Under the pieces are notes generated by a model. That model was not told the DNA's origin. It ran no database searches and saw nothing but the letters and a program-made list of their open reading frames with translations. This document shows positions 47,291 to 61,687 of a stretch of 64,000 nt of DNA, one piece after another. Both the position numbers and the translations under genes were made by a program. Every line of letters begins with the position of its first letter. The stretch's first letter is position 1. This DNA comes from Eledone cirrhosa (Eukaryota), in assembly GCA_964016885.1 (NCBI GenBank), contig OZ024741.1, positions 136,834,001 through 136,898,000 on the forward strand, given 5' to 3'.

Positions 47291-48039
47291 TATTTATGGT
47301 TTTGCTGTCTATTTTGCAGCCATATTTTGTTTTGTTGGGCGATAAAGACTGCGGTGTGGGTGTAATGCAAAATATTAGAGGAGAAAACGATTATTATTAT
47401 TATTTATCCGCATATAGAGTGGAATTGTTAGATGGGATCCAATCCTTTTCGGAACGAAAATGTGTTCAAATATATATCACGTTTTCAACAAGAATATAAC
47501 AAACATTGTTGGGCATTCGTCAGAAATTGACGTGCATGTGGCCGAGCATTCCACAGACACGGGCAAGTGTAATATAATTCTCGGGGAGATTCAGCGTGAG
47601 ACATAACATAACGTGTGGCATGGCTGATCCATTTGAATTACAGATAAAGTCAATCCGGTGGGCTTCTATACAGTTTTCATTTACTCAGTTTTGCCCCCAA
47701 GGCTTCTGTTTACACGGGAGATTTTCCTGGGATACCACGTCGTAGGATTGAACCCGGAGCCATATAATTATGAAGCGAACTTCTCAACCATTCAGCCATG
47801 ATGCGACCGCAACTGAAACAAAGAATTAATATTCACTGAGTGTTAATGTTCAACATAAATCTACTGTAGTGATAACATCTTTAGAGAAGATACCAATATT
47901 TCTTGCTTATAATTCCATGTGTTTATATTTGTTAATCTCCTCGTCATCTTTTTGTCTTTCAATAGTATGCTTTTAGAAATTTCCTCAAGATTTTTCCTAT
48001 TTGTGATATATCTTAGCATTATTTTGTCTTTTTATTGTA

Positions 48040-48175
<136 letters not shown>

Positions 48176-48179
48176 TAAT

Positions 48180-48237
<58 letters not shown>

Positions 48238-48399
48238 GGTCTATGAGATTTGGGAAGTGAATATTCTTAATCCTATAAAATATTAGATTTTGCGCTTTGA
48301 AGCAGAAAATATACATATATATTTTTTAATCATTAACTAAAAATTCCCTCCAACAGTAATGATATGCAACGTATATCTCTCTGCATGTGTGTGTGTATT

Positions 48400-48454
<55 letters not shown>

Positions 48455-49133
48455 GCGTGCGCGCGCGTGTCTGTGTGTGCATGTGCGTACCTATGAGTGC
48501 GTGTGTGTGTGTGTAATTTTTTATTAATATTAACCATAATACGTATCGTCTATCTATATATTTATTTATATATCCTCTGTGTGTAACTTTTTATTTAAGT
48601 AATATCGAGGATGAAAACCAATAAAATGGATGGGCTATGTTAACTAGAAGTATTTCATTCATATATGATCAAAAGTAAACAGACTGAGCTTTAAACTCCG
48701 TAGACTTTTTCCCATTCCTCGGAATATTCCATGTATATGAATAACTTTTAATATATGTAAATCGTAGCCAGTTTTGACGGCAACGGCTCACTAGTTTCGT
48801 ATAACCAAGGATGAAACATGACCAAATACTTAAGAAGTCTGCTTTGCATTCATAAGGACACGGGTTGGTCCCCACTGTGTGGCATCTTGAGTAATTGGCA
48901 TTTACCATATAATCTAGTCTGTCTATACCTTATCAGTGAAACTGGGCAAACGGAAACAGTTTTGATGCTTGTCGGCTTCACTGTATCTATAATTCAAAGG
49001 GCCAGCCGTATCACACACTGGATCCCGCTGAATCTGTGAGAATTATGTAACACCTTTAATAACAACCTAACCAAAACTGGTTCTGGTCTATTCAAACAAA
49101 ATCAGACATTTTAAGGAGTTCCTATAGTGAATT

Positions 49134-49295
49134 AGCAGAGTCTTTAGAGTGTCGGATAGAATACTTTGCAGTATTAGTTTCGGCTCTCTGCTCTCTTGAG
49201 TTCAAATCCTGCCGAGGTCAGCTTTGCCTTTCATCCATTCGAGGTCGATAAAAAAAAGTACCAATCTAGTGTTGAGGTCGATTTTTACTCTATAT
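49134..49295 (+). mobile_element. tRNA-derived SINE (family A), diverged
   Basis: gagttcaaatcctgccgaggtcagctttgcctttcatccattcgaggtcgataaa. Confidence 0.75.
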
Positions 49296-49790
49296 CTCTT
49301 TCTCACTTCCATTTTCTCACTCTCTATCCTTCTCTGGAAGAAATCTGCTGTATTCAGATCGGGAGAGAAATGGGCACGGCCATTTTAAAAAATGCCGTAG
49401 AAACGCCGTATGTCAGTGCGGTGCCGCTGCATTTACCTCAGGAGTTACGGAACCAAACATACATACCATACTTACATACCATACATACCATATATCCATT
49501 TACATTAAAATTAAATGAGAACCGTATGTTAAGTAACTATCTTATTAATGAAATAATAACATTTGTAAACGCCTCAAAATTTTTCATTAATTAATTTCAT
49601 TAAAAATACGTGTTTGTGGTATACACAATCTCGAGCAGGCTGTTCTGTTTATCAAACAATTGGAATACTGCTCGTCGAAACTGGTAGAAATCCATTGCAT
49701 TTCATTCATATAACTACCGCGAACAAATTTTCCTCTGTATTGGCTAATTTACCTTTGAAATAGCATATGTACGTATTTATTTATTTCTAG

Positions 49791-49841
49791 ATCGTTCAAC
49801 ATTGGAAGATATGCGCTGTGACCAGACGAAATTCTTTTTTA
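49791..49841 (+). CDS. Coding exon 4 ((D)RSTLEDMRCDQTKFFF)
   Basis: Acceptor ttatttatttctag, donor |gtaagt, 51 nt, phase 1-1, open frame. Confidence 0.75.
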
Positions 49842-50790
49842 GTAAGTAATATTCGTCTCTTTGAAGCAAACTGAAGGAAATGAAATTTTATTTTATCAAC
49901 ATTAATTTCGAAACCTTTTATGTTCTATTGTAAGATAGTTTTTTTTTCACGTGTATATGATAATTTTTTTTATAAATAATAAATACAATTTTTATAGAAG
50001 GCACATGACATAGTGGTTTGGTTGTTGGGCTCACTGTTTTAAGGTTGTGAGTTCCATTCCCAGACCAGGCGGTGCATAGTCTCTTTGAGCAATACACTTT
50101 ATTTTACGTTGCAGCATCAGACTTTGGAAAACATCAGAAGCGTGGAGATAGAAGACCTGCAGGTCTTCCATAAAACACTTTGCTCAGAGCTGCACATTGA
50201 TCATCAGTCATGACTGTATAACCCATAGTCAGTCATGACCGAAGGAAGCCCTTTCTACAATTTATATAATGAAAATGGTTGGCAAAAGAGAGAAATCGAT
50301 AAAAAGTAATTAGACAGATAAAAAGGAAGGTGTGCACACTCAATTCTACACTACAACAACAAATTCTGACGTTGCCTTCTAAAAATCTTTGAAGCAACCC
50401 AAAACATTCACAGAATCACTGGCTATGGTGATTGAATAGCCAAACTAGCTCACGAATATCACCTGTTACTTCAGTAATCCATCCGCTACCGACAACTTTT
50501 ACTTCGGTGGCACAACTTACCTGAACGTCTCGAATGTTACCGTCTTAAAAATATATAATACAGACAAATTATGATATTTTAGTAAATTATTCCGTTCTTC
50601 TATAGCTTCAGTGACCTCCATCTCAGCCGCAACATCTAGAATGTGAAAAGGAGAGAAATAATCACTGACGAGGGCGTCCCTCTACCTTAAAGATAAAGGT
50701 TATGTCCATTGGGCCTCTTCTCTTCGACTCTAGACAATCAAACTGGCTCCAAAATTGAGGGGATATTGACTCTGGCTAGTGTCCAAGTTA

Positions 50791-50976
50791 CAGATCTGCC
50801 AACCTCTAAAAACCCAAACGAGGAGTACCATGAAAAAAAGTTCATGAGAAATGAGGCAAAATGGGGAGATTTTATATAATGAAAGCTATACCCATTTTCA
50901 CAAGAGAAGACATCACTCACTAACCCTAAAGTGGGTGGGAAATCTTCCCGTCGGGCGAGGAGAGTTAACAGATCTG
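50791..50976. mobile_element. MITE with short TIRs; second copy inverted at 63277-63466
   Basis: cagatctgccaacctct...agagttaacagatctg. The body is the reverse complement of 63277-63466. Confidence 0.75.
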
Positions 50977-51227
50977 AAGGTATCAGGTTCAACACGGTGT
51001 GGTGAACTCAGTAACCTATATTTAGTTGATAGCAATCTATGAAGACCTCAAATTATGGGGCTTGCCATGTCAACATTTCTCTCCCGCCACAGACATAGGC
51101 CCAGAATATGTGACTAATGAGAATGCGGAGCTCATCCGGACTTCATAAGCTACCGATGTTCCCCACAGGCAAAGCATCAACCTAATACCCTGAAAACCTG
51201 GTACACACACACACACACACATACACG

Positions 51228-51266
<39 letters not shown>

Positions 51267-52924
51267 TCGGTGACGTCTTGAATATTAACAGGATTTATCA
51301 AAATGACAGCCGAAGATATATTTCAATTTTATGTCGTCCTAAACATTGTGTGTTAATATATCCTTCTCTGTAATTATGAAATTATCAAACCCAGCTCTCT
51401 TCACTGTAATAGAGATTCATCCAGCTCATTGTTGGAAGTGGGTGCTACCCAGCAAAGGGGAGCAATACATAGACCTAGACCACCAAATCGGTTGGATACC
51501 AGAGTAAGTCTAAAGTTAACTTGTCCGTCAAGTCTCTCAAGGATGATTAGGTTGTCAAAGAGTTGCATAGTCAAGGAAAATCGGGATTAGTGTTTATTGG
51601 GCTTCCATCGGTTCTGACGATGAGTGTTCCCGTTGTTTGATCTACAGAACAGCCTGCTTGAGAAATTAACGTGCAAGTGACTGAGCATCCCACAGACGTT
51701 TACCTTAACGTAATTCTCAGAGATATTCAGCGTGATACAGTATGTAACAAGACTCGCCCTTTGAATCACAGATACAACTCATTTCTTTCCAGCTCAGTGA
51801 ACTAGGGCAACATTAAATAAAATGTCTTCCTCAAGGACACAATGTGCCGCTGGGAATCGAACACATGATCTTACGAACGTGAGACAAAAACCCTAACCGA
51901 TACGCCACGCGCCTTCACAAAGATGTAAAATAACTTCTGGATTAACAAGTAAATGCTAAAATGTAAAAAAGAAAATGCTTGGTGGCGTTCTATTACGTAA
52001 ATATATTTAGTGATTGCTCGGTATTTGACAGCTTAGAGCAGTGATGCCCTAACAGAGCCCTGCGGCACATTTGTATGCCATGGGCTGATATTTAAAAATC
52101 TATATATATAAAATACAAACTGAAATTTCTTCTGCTTCATTTCTTTAATACTTAAAATTACTGTTGTTTTAATTATTTATCATTATAAGATAAAACATTT
52201 AAATATATCCTTTTATTATACGTTTTACTTTGTGCACAACGCGAGTCAACAGTTTATCCTTTCTCTAAAGTGTGACATAAGCAAAAAAAAAAAAAAAAAA
52301 AAAAAATGTTTGGGCATCATTGGCTTAAAGGCAATATTAGAAGTTAGGGCTCCAAGGGAACACCATTAGTTTGTTTGCTTTTAATCCCCGATAGTAAATG
52401 TATCTGTAGGAAATAGCCGGCAGACAACCCATTAGAATTATAGACGTGAATGGGTTATATAAACTGGCTATTTCCTAGTGAAGCGTAGTAAAATAACTTA
52501 TTTTTACGATAAGTGTAGTTAAATATTTTAAAGACAAAAACAAAATTCTACGTTTATGTTTTTCAACAATGAATTAGAAGCATTTTAAAATAAACTTTTG
52601 TTACTTTAGAAGTCATTTTTTTTCCTTTTTACATTGGACATAGTAGTTATTTCAAAGAAACTTATTTGAAAGTAGTACATTTTATCTATAGTAATTCTAC
52701 GTACATATGTTTAACTATGCTACATTAATTTGTTACGCTCAGGTAAAAAGAAATTAATGTTTTAAAGATAAAAAATAAATTCTACCAATTCTTTGTATTA
52801 TGAAAAGAAAATAGAATTTTAATAAATAAAAATGATTCTAAGATAAAACGATACTTGCCAAAGATGCCATAAAAATCACGACCGCCGACTCTCTCTATAT
52901 AAACACACACACAGATATATATAT

Positions 52925-54745
52925 AACCTAGTCTACGGACTTCGCTGCACGGAGTGCAGCGCGACTTACGTCGGACAGACTGGACGTCGCCTGGCGGACA
53001 GATTTACTGAGCACCTCCGGGATATTCGTCTCGGTGGTAGTTCCCCCATCGCCCGCCACTTTGGTGCCCCTGGACATTCCGCACACCATCTCACCGTCTG
53101 TGGCCTACTCCAATGCCACGGAACACCCGCCAATCTCCTAAGAGTCGAACAACGAACCATCTTCATCTTACAGACCCACACTCCCCCCGGCCTGAACTCC
53201 CCACCCTTATTCCTTTAGCCTTCGACCGCCCCCCCAAACATATCCCCCACTAACACCACTAACACACCCCTCCTTTTCACCGCCCACCCCACAACTAACA
53301 ATACTAACACCTCCACCCCACATCCGACCACTCTTCCCCAACTAACATACTAACATCCCTCCCTTCTTCTCCCCCCCTCCTTATCACACGCACACACCCA
53401 CCGGTACATATATACACGCGCTCACACTAAACACACACCCTACTACCACCACTAACCCTCACCCCCACACATCCATCCCACCACCAGGCAACTAACATCA
53501 CTAACACCCCCTGATCCCAAGCACACGAACACATACACCCACTTACACCACCCACCCTACACGCAACTAACATCACTAACACCCCCCAACCCTGCGCACA
53601 CGTACACACACACCCTCTTACACCACCCATTCTACACACCCTACCACCACTGACCCCCACCCACACCCGCATTCAACCCTTTCTCCACCTCCTGTATACT
53701 AACACCCACTAACACACCAGTACACTACCCTCCCTCCATCGGCCCCCACACCCTTCTCTCCCCGCTCCACCCACACCCTTTCTCAAACACTCACTCATCC
53801 CACTAACACCCCTATTAATATACACACACACCCTCCTCACTCCAACTTTCACACCTACCCATCCTCTCCCCTGTCCACCGCACACACTGACACACCTTCA
53901 CTTACCATTCTACCCTACTGCTGCTATGCCCTCTGACCACCTCCCCGCACACACAGACACACAACACTCCTCCTGCCTTGACCCTCTGACCACTTCCTGT
54001 TGCGCGCGCACCCCACATCTCCCCTCTTCCGACCAATCTCTTCACGGATTACACATATGTGAACCTTGATCCCGAGAATCCACCGCATCCAAGGATTTTA
54101 CTCAGCATTCCACCACTTCTTTTTACGGAATTACCTTTATGACTCACCCCACACACACACACCCAAAAACATTTTTTTTCCCACACGCCACCTACATTCA
54201 CAACACGCATAAATACCACACACACACGTGCGTACCACCACATATTTACACATTCAGCCTCCGGAATCCTCTCCCCCACCCCTCTATCCACACATACTCC
54301 GACCTACACCCCACCCCACACACACCTCTTCCAGAACATGCAACCCCGTTCTTCCCCCAACCCTTGATTTCACATACACACACACACACACCACCTTCAG
54401 CCCTCCCCGCTCGGACACCCCGTCTCCCTCTCCCCACACCACCTGCCACCACCTCTACACGCCCCACACCCTTCCACCACCTGTTTTACTTCATGTTTAA
54501 TTTTATTTTGATCATGCCTTTATTTTTAATTTCATTTGCACCGTTTCCTCTCACCCCCTTTTCGCTATATGTCTCTCCACCACTCCCCTACACACCCTTT
54601 GAACTCTCTTCCCACACACTTTTCACCTGAAGAAGGGCTTATGCCCGAAACGTCGTTCCCCACCACCACCGCACTCTCAAGAGCGTGAAATTAATAAACC
54701 TTTGTTTGTACTGCCTCTCTGTTTTGTTCCCGTTCAATTTTTCAC
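52925..54745 (+). mobile_element. 5'-truncated Penelope-like element: GIY-YIG remnant, C/A-rich 3' UTR and minimal hammerhead
   Basis: Frame 52925-53218 reads NLVYGLRCTECSATYVGQTGRRLADRFTEHLRDI...PIARHF...EQRTIFILQTHTPPGLN. At 54625-54656: ac-CTGAAGA-a-gggc-ttat-gccc-GAAA-cg-TC^gt. AATAAA at about 54693, then (TA)n. Confidence 0.88.
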
Positions 54746-54768
54746 TATATATATATATATATATATAT

Positions 54769-54970
54769 AGGAACAAGTATGACCCCGACGGCAGAGCTCA
54801 AGCCGTTTCGGCGCCTAATTCTGGATTTTAGTTCAGAATTAGCCGTCGAAACGGCTTGAGCTCTGCCGTCGGGGGTCATACTTGTTCCTATTACCCACTC
54901 TACTACCCTAAGTATTGAGTACTTTGGTGCGTTATGGTCCATCTGGTTCCTTACCACATTTCCTTCGTTA
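54769..54970. mobile_element. Fold-back mini-element, family P
   Basis: Palindrome centred at about 54828 (ctaattctg...cagaattag). Confidence 0.8.
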
Positions 54971-55001
<31 letters not shown>

Positions 55002-55073
55002 GCTGAAGGCTTTCAAAATGTTTATTCGTAAACATACCGTATATCGCTAGATATACAAATTATGCATAGTTAC

Positions 55074-55176
<103 letters not shown>

Positions 55177-55242
55177 GTATTTCCGTAGAAAAGGTAAAGG
55201 AAATAAGAATGCTCTATGTATAGTACAGAGCTATTTAATATG

Positions 55243-55301
<59 letters not shown>

Positions 55302-55720
55302 AATTGAGGTTGGTAATGGCACATGGAATATATAAGAGACAGAATACTTTTTTGTGAAAAAACATAATTTTATAAGGTAAGGAAATAATAAAGGGTATAA
55401 AAAATGACCGGTTTCGATGGGTCTGCAAAAGCCATCTTTTCAAATGTTGATTAATATTAAGAAAAATTAATAATACGAAGAGTTAAAATTTGAGACTTGA
55501 AAATTCAAGTATAAAATTCATTGTGGGATTTCATAGCAGTTTTCATCTAGGTAGCAACAACAGGTTGACTGCTGTGTCCCTTTCTGGTAGTGAATGAGAA
55601 GTTATTTGGGGTGTGGGTTATTTTATAAAGGTCAGATTTAGCAATAGCCAGCTGCTGGTCAGTGAGGGGGTGGAAGCAATATACACACACATACCTTCAT
55701 CCACACATACATACACATAC

Positions 55721-55761
<41 letters not shown>

Positions 55762-55830
55762 CACACATACATACACACACACATACATATACATACACAC
55801 ATACACACACACACACATATATATACACAT

Positions 55831-55891
<61 letters not shown>

Positions 55892-55924
55892 TATATATAT
55901 ACATACACATACATCCAGATACAC

Positions 55925-56019
<95 letters not shown>

Positions 56020-56562
56020 CCCACACATACATACACACACACATATATATATATACATACACACATACAAACATACACACACACACACACACATATATAT
56101 ACACACACATACACACACATATATATACACACACACACACACACACATGCATATATATATATATATACACATACGCATACATCCAGATACCCACGTACAT
56201 ACACACACACACACACACACGCACACACAATACATACATCCACATGCACACACATACTCACACACACACACACAAACATACATACACCCACACACAGAGA
56301 AATGGCCTTCAAATATATATATATACATACAGACACATATATTTTTTCCATAATATAAGAAGTTGGGGCAGTGAAATTAAAATAATTCTGTGTGCGCATA
56401 TATATATAGACATACGTGTGTGCACGTGCAGGGCTTAACATGGATGTGTTGGTCACACAAAGGCATGGTCTGTCAATGAATAAACCTGATTCTACAGAAT
56501 TGGTCTCTGGTCTTTAATAGTAGTGATTCCGTGCGTATGTGTGTTTATATTTTATGACAATT

Positions 56563-58812
56563 CTATTGGGGTGATAACCCGTTTAGTTTTGGTTTAAATT
56601 TGTTAAGGAATAGATTTTCTTTGTTTATTCTTTGTTGTTGTGTGAACGAATCTGAGCACTTGTAGAAGGGGAAGATTTTAAAGTTGGGTAGTGTCATTCC
56701 TGCGCAGTTCGCAATATGGCTGCTCAAGGGGATTTTTCTTGTGTTAGCGTCCCGGATTTGTTGGCGGTGGATGGTCATTCTTTTGCGTAATGAGGTGCCC
56801 GTCTGTCCTATGTAGTTGTGTTTGCACCCACCGCAAGTTATTGCGTAAATCAAGTTCTCCGAGTTGCAGGTGAAATTGTTTTTTACTGTAAATGTTTGGC
56901 CATCTTTGAATGTAAATGTTTGTCCTTCAGTGAGGTAGAGGCACGTTCCACAGTTTGTTCTACCACATTTGGTAACTGTAGGGTTGAGGATTGGTTTGGG
57001 TATATTTGGTCCAGTGAGAATGCGTTTAAGTGATTTGGGTTGTCTTTTACTTTTAAGGATCTTGTGTGTTTCAAGAATAGACTTCATTTTTACATCTTTA
57101 AGTAGGATGGGGAGGTTTTTGTGTAGGTGATCAAACATTTCGGTATTTCTGGGGTTGAAAGTGGATACATATGGCAGGGTGTTGAGTGTGGTTTTCTGTT
57201 TTGGATTGTTAAGTTGATGGGGATTTAGGTGTTTTGCCCTGTCTATTCCATTGTTGATTATTTCAAGTGGAAAGGCTCTTAAGATAAGGGTGTCTTTTAG
57301 TTCCTTTAGTCTTTGCTCCCGTTTAGGTGGATCTGATACTATGGTACATATACGTTTGGCCAAATTGTAAGGAATGTTAAGTTTTGTATGTTTTGGGTGA
57401 CTTGATGTGAAAAAGAGGTATTGCTTGGAATCTGTGGGTTTATAGAATATATCTGTATCTAATTTCCCGTCTATTACAGAGATGAGAATATCCAAGAAGG
57501 CTAATTTCTTAGGATTGGATTCCATTGTGAATTGTATGTTATTATCTATGTTGTTTATCATGTTTTTAAACGTAGTAAGTGAGTTCATGTCTTCTTGCCA
57601 TAGGATAAAGCAGTCGTCTAGATATCTTTTCCAATTGGCTTTGAGGTGTGTGTGGAAAGAGTCTCCAAATAAGAGAAGGGACTGACTGTATATTTGTTGT
57701 TCATGGAATCCCATGACTAGGTTGGCATATGTGGGTGCTACTTTCGTGCCCATTGCCGTACCTGATACTTGTCTGTATGTTGAACCATTGAATGTGAAGT
57801 AGTTATTTTGTAGGATAAAGCGGAGTCCGTCAGTGATAAAATCTGTGTTGATGCGTGTCGGTATTTCTGATGGGTGTGTGTTAAGCCAGTATTGGACTGC
57901 TGTTATTCCATAGTTGTGAGGTATGTTTGTGTAGAGGTTTATTACGTCAAAGGAGACAAGAATTGTATTTGCACTTACTGTTTTAGGGAGGTGTTTCAGC
58001 ATGTCAAGGTCATCTCGTATGTAGCTCTGTATATGTTGTAGAAAGGGTTTCAGTAGGATGTCCAGAAAGTTGCTAAGTCTGTGGGTTTCACATGTAGGGC
58101 CTGCTATAATTGGCCTGAGTTTTAGGTCTTCTGGTGGTGTTAGTTCAATGTAATTGTTGGTTGAGGTGTCACATGCATCGTTTATGGGTTTACATTTGTG
58201 AAGTTTCGGTAAGCCGTAAAAAGAGCTTGTATTGCATTTGAAGTGGCTTATATAGTTAAACTCTTTTGTGGTTAAGCTGTTGCGGTATTTATTCAGTAAG
58301 GTCAAAAGGTTCCCCATTGTTTTGGTGTGTTTGTAGTTTTCTGTTTTTTCATAGTATGTGTTGTTTTCTAAAATGTTAAGTGCGAGGGTCCTATAGTAGT
58401 CCGTATTCATAATCACAACAGTACTGCCTTTATCGGCTTCTTTGATAGTTATCTCAGGGTTGTTTCTAAGTGTGAATAATTCTTCCCATTCGTGTGTAGA
58501 TAGGTTTGATTTCGTGTGTTTATTTGTAATTGTTTCATAGGGAAAGTTGGTGATGTGTTCGCAGTACGTGTCCAGTGCTTTATTTCTTCCCTTTTGTGGG
58601 CAGAAATTGCTTTTATTTCTAACCAGTGATTCGTCTTCAGTGTTGGTGTCGTTGTGGAAGAATTCCGTTAGTCGCAGCTTTCGGCAGTATTCCATGATGT
58701 CATCCTTCATTTCGGGGAAGTTTGGTTTACGTGGTGTAGGTGTAAATTTCAGGCCCTTACTTAAAATGTTGATTTGTGTGTTGGTTAGAGGTGTCTTTAC
58801 ACACATACGCAC
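56563..58812 (-). CDS. Penelope-like reverse transcriptase + GIY-YIG endonuclease (749 aa, uninterrupted, N-terminally truncated)
   Basis: LSKGLKFTPTP, ADKG, FYGLPKLHK, RPIIAG, SFDVINLYTNIP, QVSGTAMG, WKRYLDD, FLDI, SSHP, CxxxxCxxC linker, LIYAITC..C...YIGQTG..LRKR...H, PKLN. The first 5 codons come from the inverted arm. Confidence 0.95.
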   Translation of the reverse strand: MRMCVKTPLTNTQINILSKGLKFTPTPRKPNFPEMKDDIMEYCRKLRLTEFFHNDTNTEDESLVRNKSNFCPQKGRNKALDTYCEHITNFPYETITNKHTKSNLSTHEWEELFTLRNNPEITIKEADKGSTVVIMNTDYYRTLALNILENNTYYEKTENYKHTKTMGNLLTLLNKYRNSLTTKEFNYISHFKCNTSSFYGLPKLHKCKPINDACDTSTNNYIELTPPEDLKLRPIIAGPTCETHRLSNFLDILLKPFLQHIQSYIRDDLDMLKHLPKTVSANTILVSFDVINLYTNIPHNYGITAVQYWLNTHPSEIPTRINTDFITDGLRFILQNNYFTFNGSTYRQVSGTAMGTKVAPTYANLVMGFHEQQIYSQSLLLFGDSFHTHLKANWKRYLDDCFILWQEDMNSLTTFKNMINNIDNNIQFTMESNPKKLAFLDILISVIDGKLDTDIFYKPTDSKQYLFFTSSHPKHTKLNIPYNLAKRICTIVSDPPKREQRLKELKDTLILRAFPLEIINNGIDRAKHLNPHQLNNPKQKTTLNTLPYVSTFNPRNTEMFDHLHKNLPILLKDVKMKSILETHKILKSKRQPKSLKRILTGPNIPKPILNPTVTKCGRTNCGTCLYLTEGQTFTFKDGQTFTVKNNFTCNSENLIYAITCGGCKHNYIGQTGTSLRKRMTIHRQQIRDANTRKIPLSSHIANCAGMTLPNFKIFPFYKCSDSFTQQQRINKENLFLNKFKPKLNGLSPQ

Positions 58813-59323
58813 GGAATCACTACTATTAAAGACCAGAGACCAATTCTGTAGAATCAGGTTTATTCATTGACAGACCATGCCTTTGTGTGACCAACACATC
58901 CATGTTAAGCCCTGCACGTGCACACACGTATGTCTATATATATATGCGCACACAGAATTATTTTAATTTCACTGCCCCAACTTCTTATATTATGGAAAAA
59001 ATATATGTGTCTGTATGTATATATATATATTTGAAGGCCATTTCTCTGTGTGTGGGTGTATGTATGTTTGTGTGTGTGTGTGTGAGTATGTGTGTGCATG
59101 TGGATGTATGTATTGTGTGTGCGTGTGTGTGTGTGTGTGTGTATGTACGTGGGTATCTGGATGTATGCGTATGTGTATATATATATATATATGCATGTGT
59201 GTGTGTGTGTGTGTGTATATATATGTGTGTGTATGTGTGTGTATATATATGTGTGTGTGTGTGTGTGTATGTTTGTATGTGTGTATGTATATATATATAT
59301 GTGTGTGTGTATGTATGTGTGGG

Positions 59324-59418
<95 letters not shown>

Positions 59419-59451
59419 GTGTATCTGGATGTATGTGTATGTATATATATA

Positions 59452-59512
<61 letters not shown>

Positions 59513-59581
59513 ATGTGTATATATATGTGTGTGTGTGTGTATGTGTGTATGTATATGTATGTGTGTGTGTATGTATGTGTG

Positions 59582-59622
<41 letters not shown>

Positions 59623-59894
59623 GTATGTGTATGTATGTGTGGATGAAGGTATGTGTGTGTATATTGCTTCCACCCCCTCACTGACCAGCAGCTGGCTATT
59701 GCTAAATCTGACCTTTATAAAATAACCCACACCCCAAATAACTTCTCATTCACTACCAGAAAGGGACACAGCAGTCAACCTGTTGTTGCTACCTAGATGA
59801 AAACTGCTATGAAATCCCACAATGAATTTTATACTTGAATTTTCAAGTCTCAAATTTTAACTCTTCGTATTATTAATTTTTCTTAATATTAATC

Positions 59895-59941
59895 AACATT
59901 TGAAAAGATGGCTTTTGCAGACCCATCGAAACCGGTCATTT
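59895..59941 (+). ncRNA. Hammerhead variant with U3-A8 core (mirror copy at about 55402-55448 on -)
   Basis: aacat-TTGAAAA-gatgg-(11 nt)-ccatc-GAAA-ccgg-TC^attt. Stem III is palindromic (accggt) and stem I is weak. Confidence 0.65.
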
Positions 59942-60078
59942 TTTATACCCTTTATTATTTCCTTACCTTATAAAATTATGTTTTTTCACAAAAAAGTATT
60001 CTGTCTCTTATATATTCCATGTGCCATTACCAACCTCAATTTTCTCTATAACCTTCGTTTTGTGTAGAAAATTACACT

Positions 60079-60716
<638 letters not shown>

Positions 60717-61462
60717 TGTAACACTTAAGATGTACACACGTAGACAATATCACATATACACTCTATGTATTCCCTATTTCAATCATGTTGCTTCAATAAG
60801 TTCGCTTTCCTATCGCAAGGTCCTAAGTTCTAACCTGACATTCGTCTCTGTACATACTTACTTCTCTAAAGTTACTCATACATTTAATCTTTTGTGTAAT
60901 TTGTACATATAAGCTGAACCTAGAAATAAATGATTAAGACATCATTTTTATCTTTAATCATTTCTAGATATCAGTAATCAGCATAAACTATTAATTTACT
61001 AAAATGCAAATTTCAGTTTGTATGATAGTTCATACATCCAGTAATCCTGGTATATACGACCTGCTAATCCCGGATTCAAAATATGAAATTCTTTCAACGC
61101 TATTGACGGCATTGGTACAATAGCGTTATTTTGATACACTTCAAACTGCTCCTCCTCTTGACTAAGGTTTGTGAAAATAGGCTACCAGTTAATAGGCTAT
61201 CTGCTACACACATTGCCTAAGGATGTTAGACAAACGGCTATAGCGTCGTGAGTCTGGGCAGCGCATTGTGTTCTGAGCATGACGTTTCATTTTTAATTGA
61301 TTTTCATGATAGGACTGAAAACCATATTAAATACAACCTCGTAAGGAGGGTAGTGAGGGCTGCATAGGTTGACTCGTAACAACATGATAGTACAGGGGAC
61401 GCCATCATTAACACAGCAGAGAAACTTCATATGAGATAGAACCTCGTAGGAGGCCAGCTAAA

Positions 61463-61687
61463 CCGTCAAACAGCATCACCGCCTCCTTCTGCTAGAAATT
61501 GCTTCCGTCAAACAGCATCACCGCCTCCTTCTGCCAGAAATTGCTTCCGTCAAACAGCATAACCGCCTCCTTCTGCCAGAAATTGCTTCCGTCAAACAGC
61601 ATAACCGCCTCCTTCTGCCAGAAATTGCTTCCGTCAAACAGCATAACCGCCTCCTTCTGCCAGAAATTGCTTCCGTCAAACAGCATC
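61463..61687. repeat. 42-bp tandem repeat, about 5.3 copies
   Basis: ccgtcaaacagcataaccgcctccttctgccagaaattgctt at 61463, 61505, 61547, 61589 and 61631, and partial at 61673. Confidence 0.92.

Larger units (their letters stand above)
55298..60045 (-). mobile_element. Young Penelope-like (Neptune-type) retroelement with apparently identical 1247-bp inverted arms
   Basis: 55298-56544 is the reverse complement of 58799-60045: mirror coordinates sum to 115343 and the mirrored pseudo-ORFs translate identically. Inserted in (TA)n. Confidence 0.95.

Noticed and set aside
54139-54630. Pro/His/Thr-rich ORF
   Set aside because: Low-complexity C/A-rich 3' UTR of the PLE remnant at 52925-54745.
55298-60045. 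DNA transposon or LTR element interpretation of the long terminal repeats
   Set aside because: The repeats are inverted copies of the 3' UTR and the enclosed ORF is a PLE RT-GIY-YIG, with no transposase, integrase or gag.
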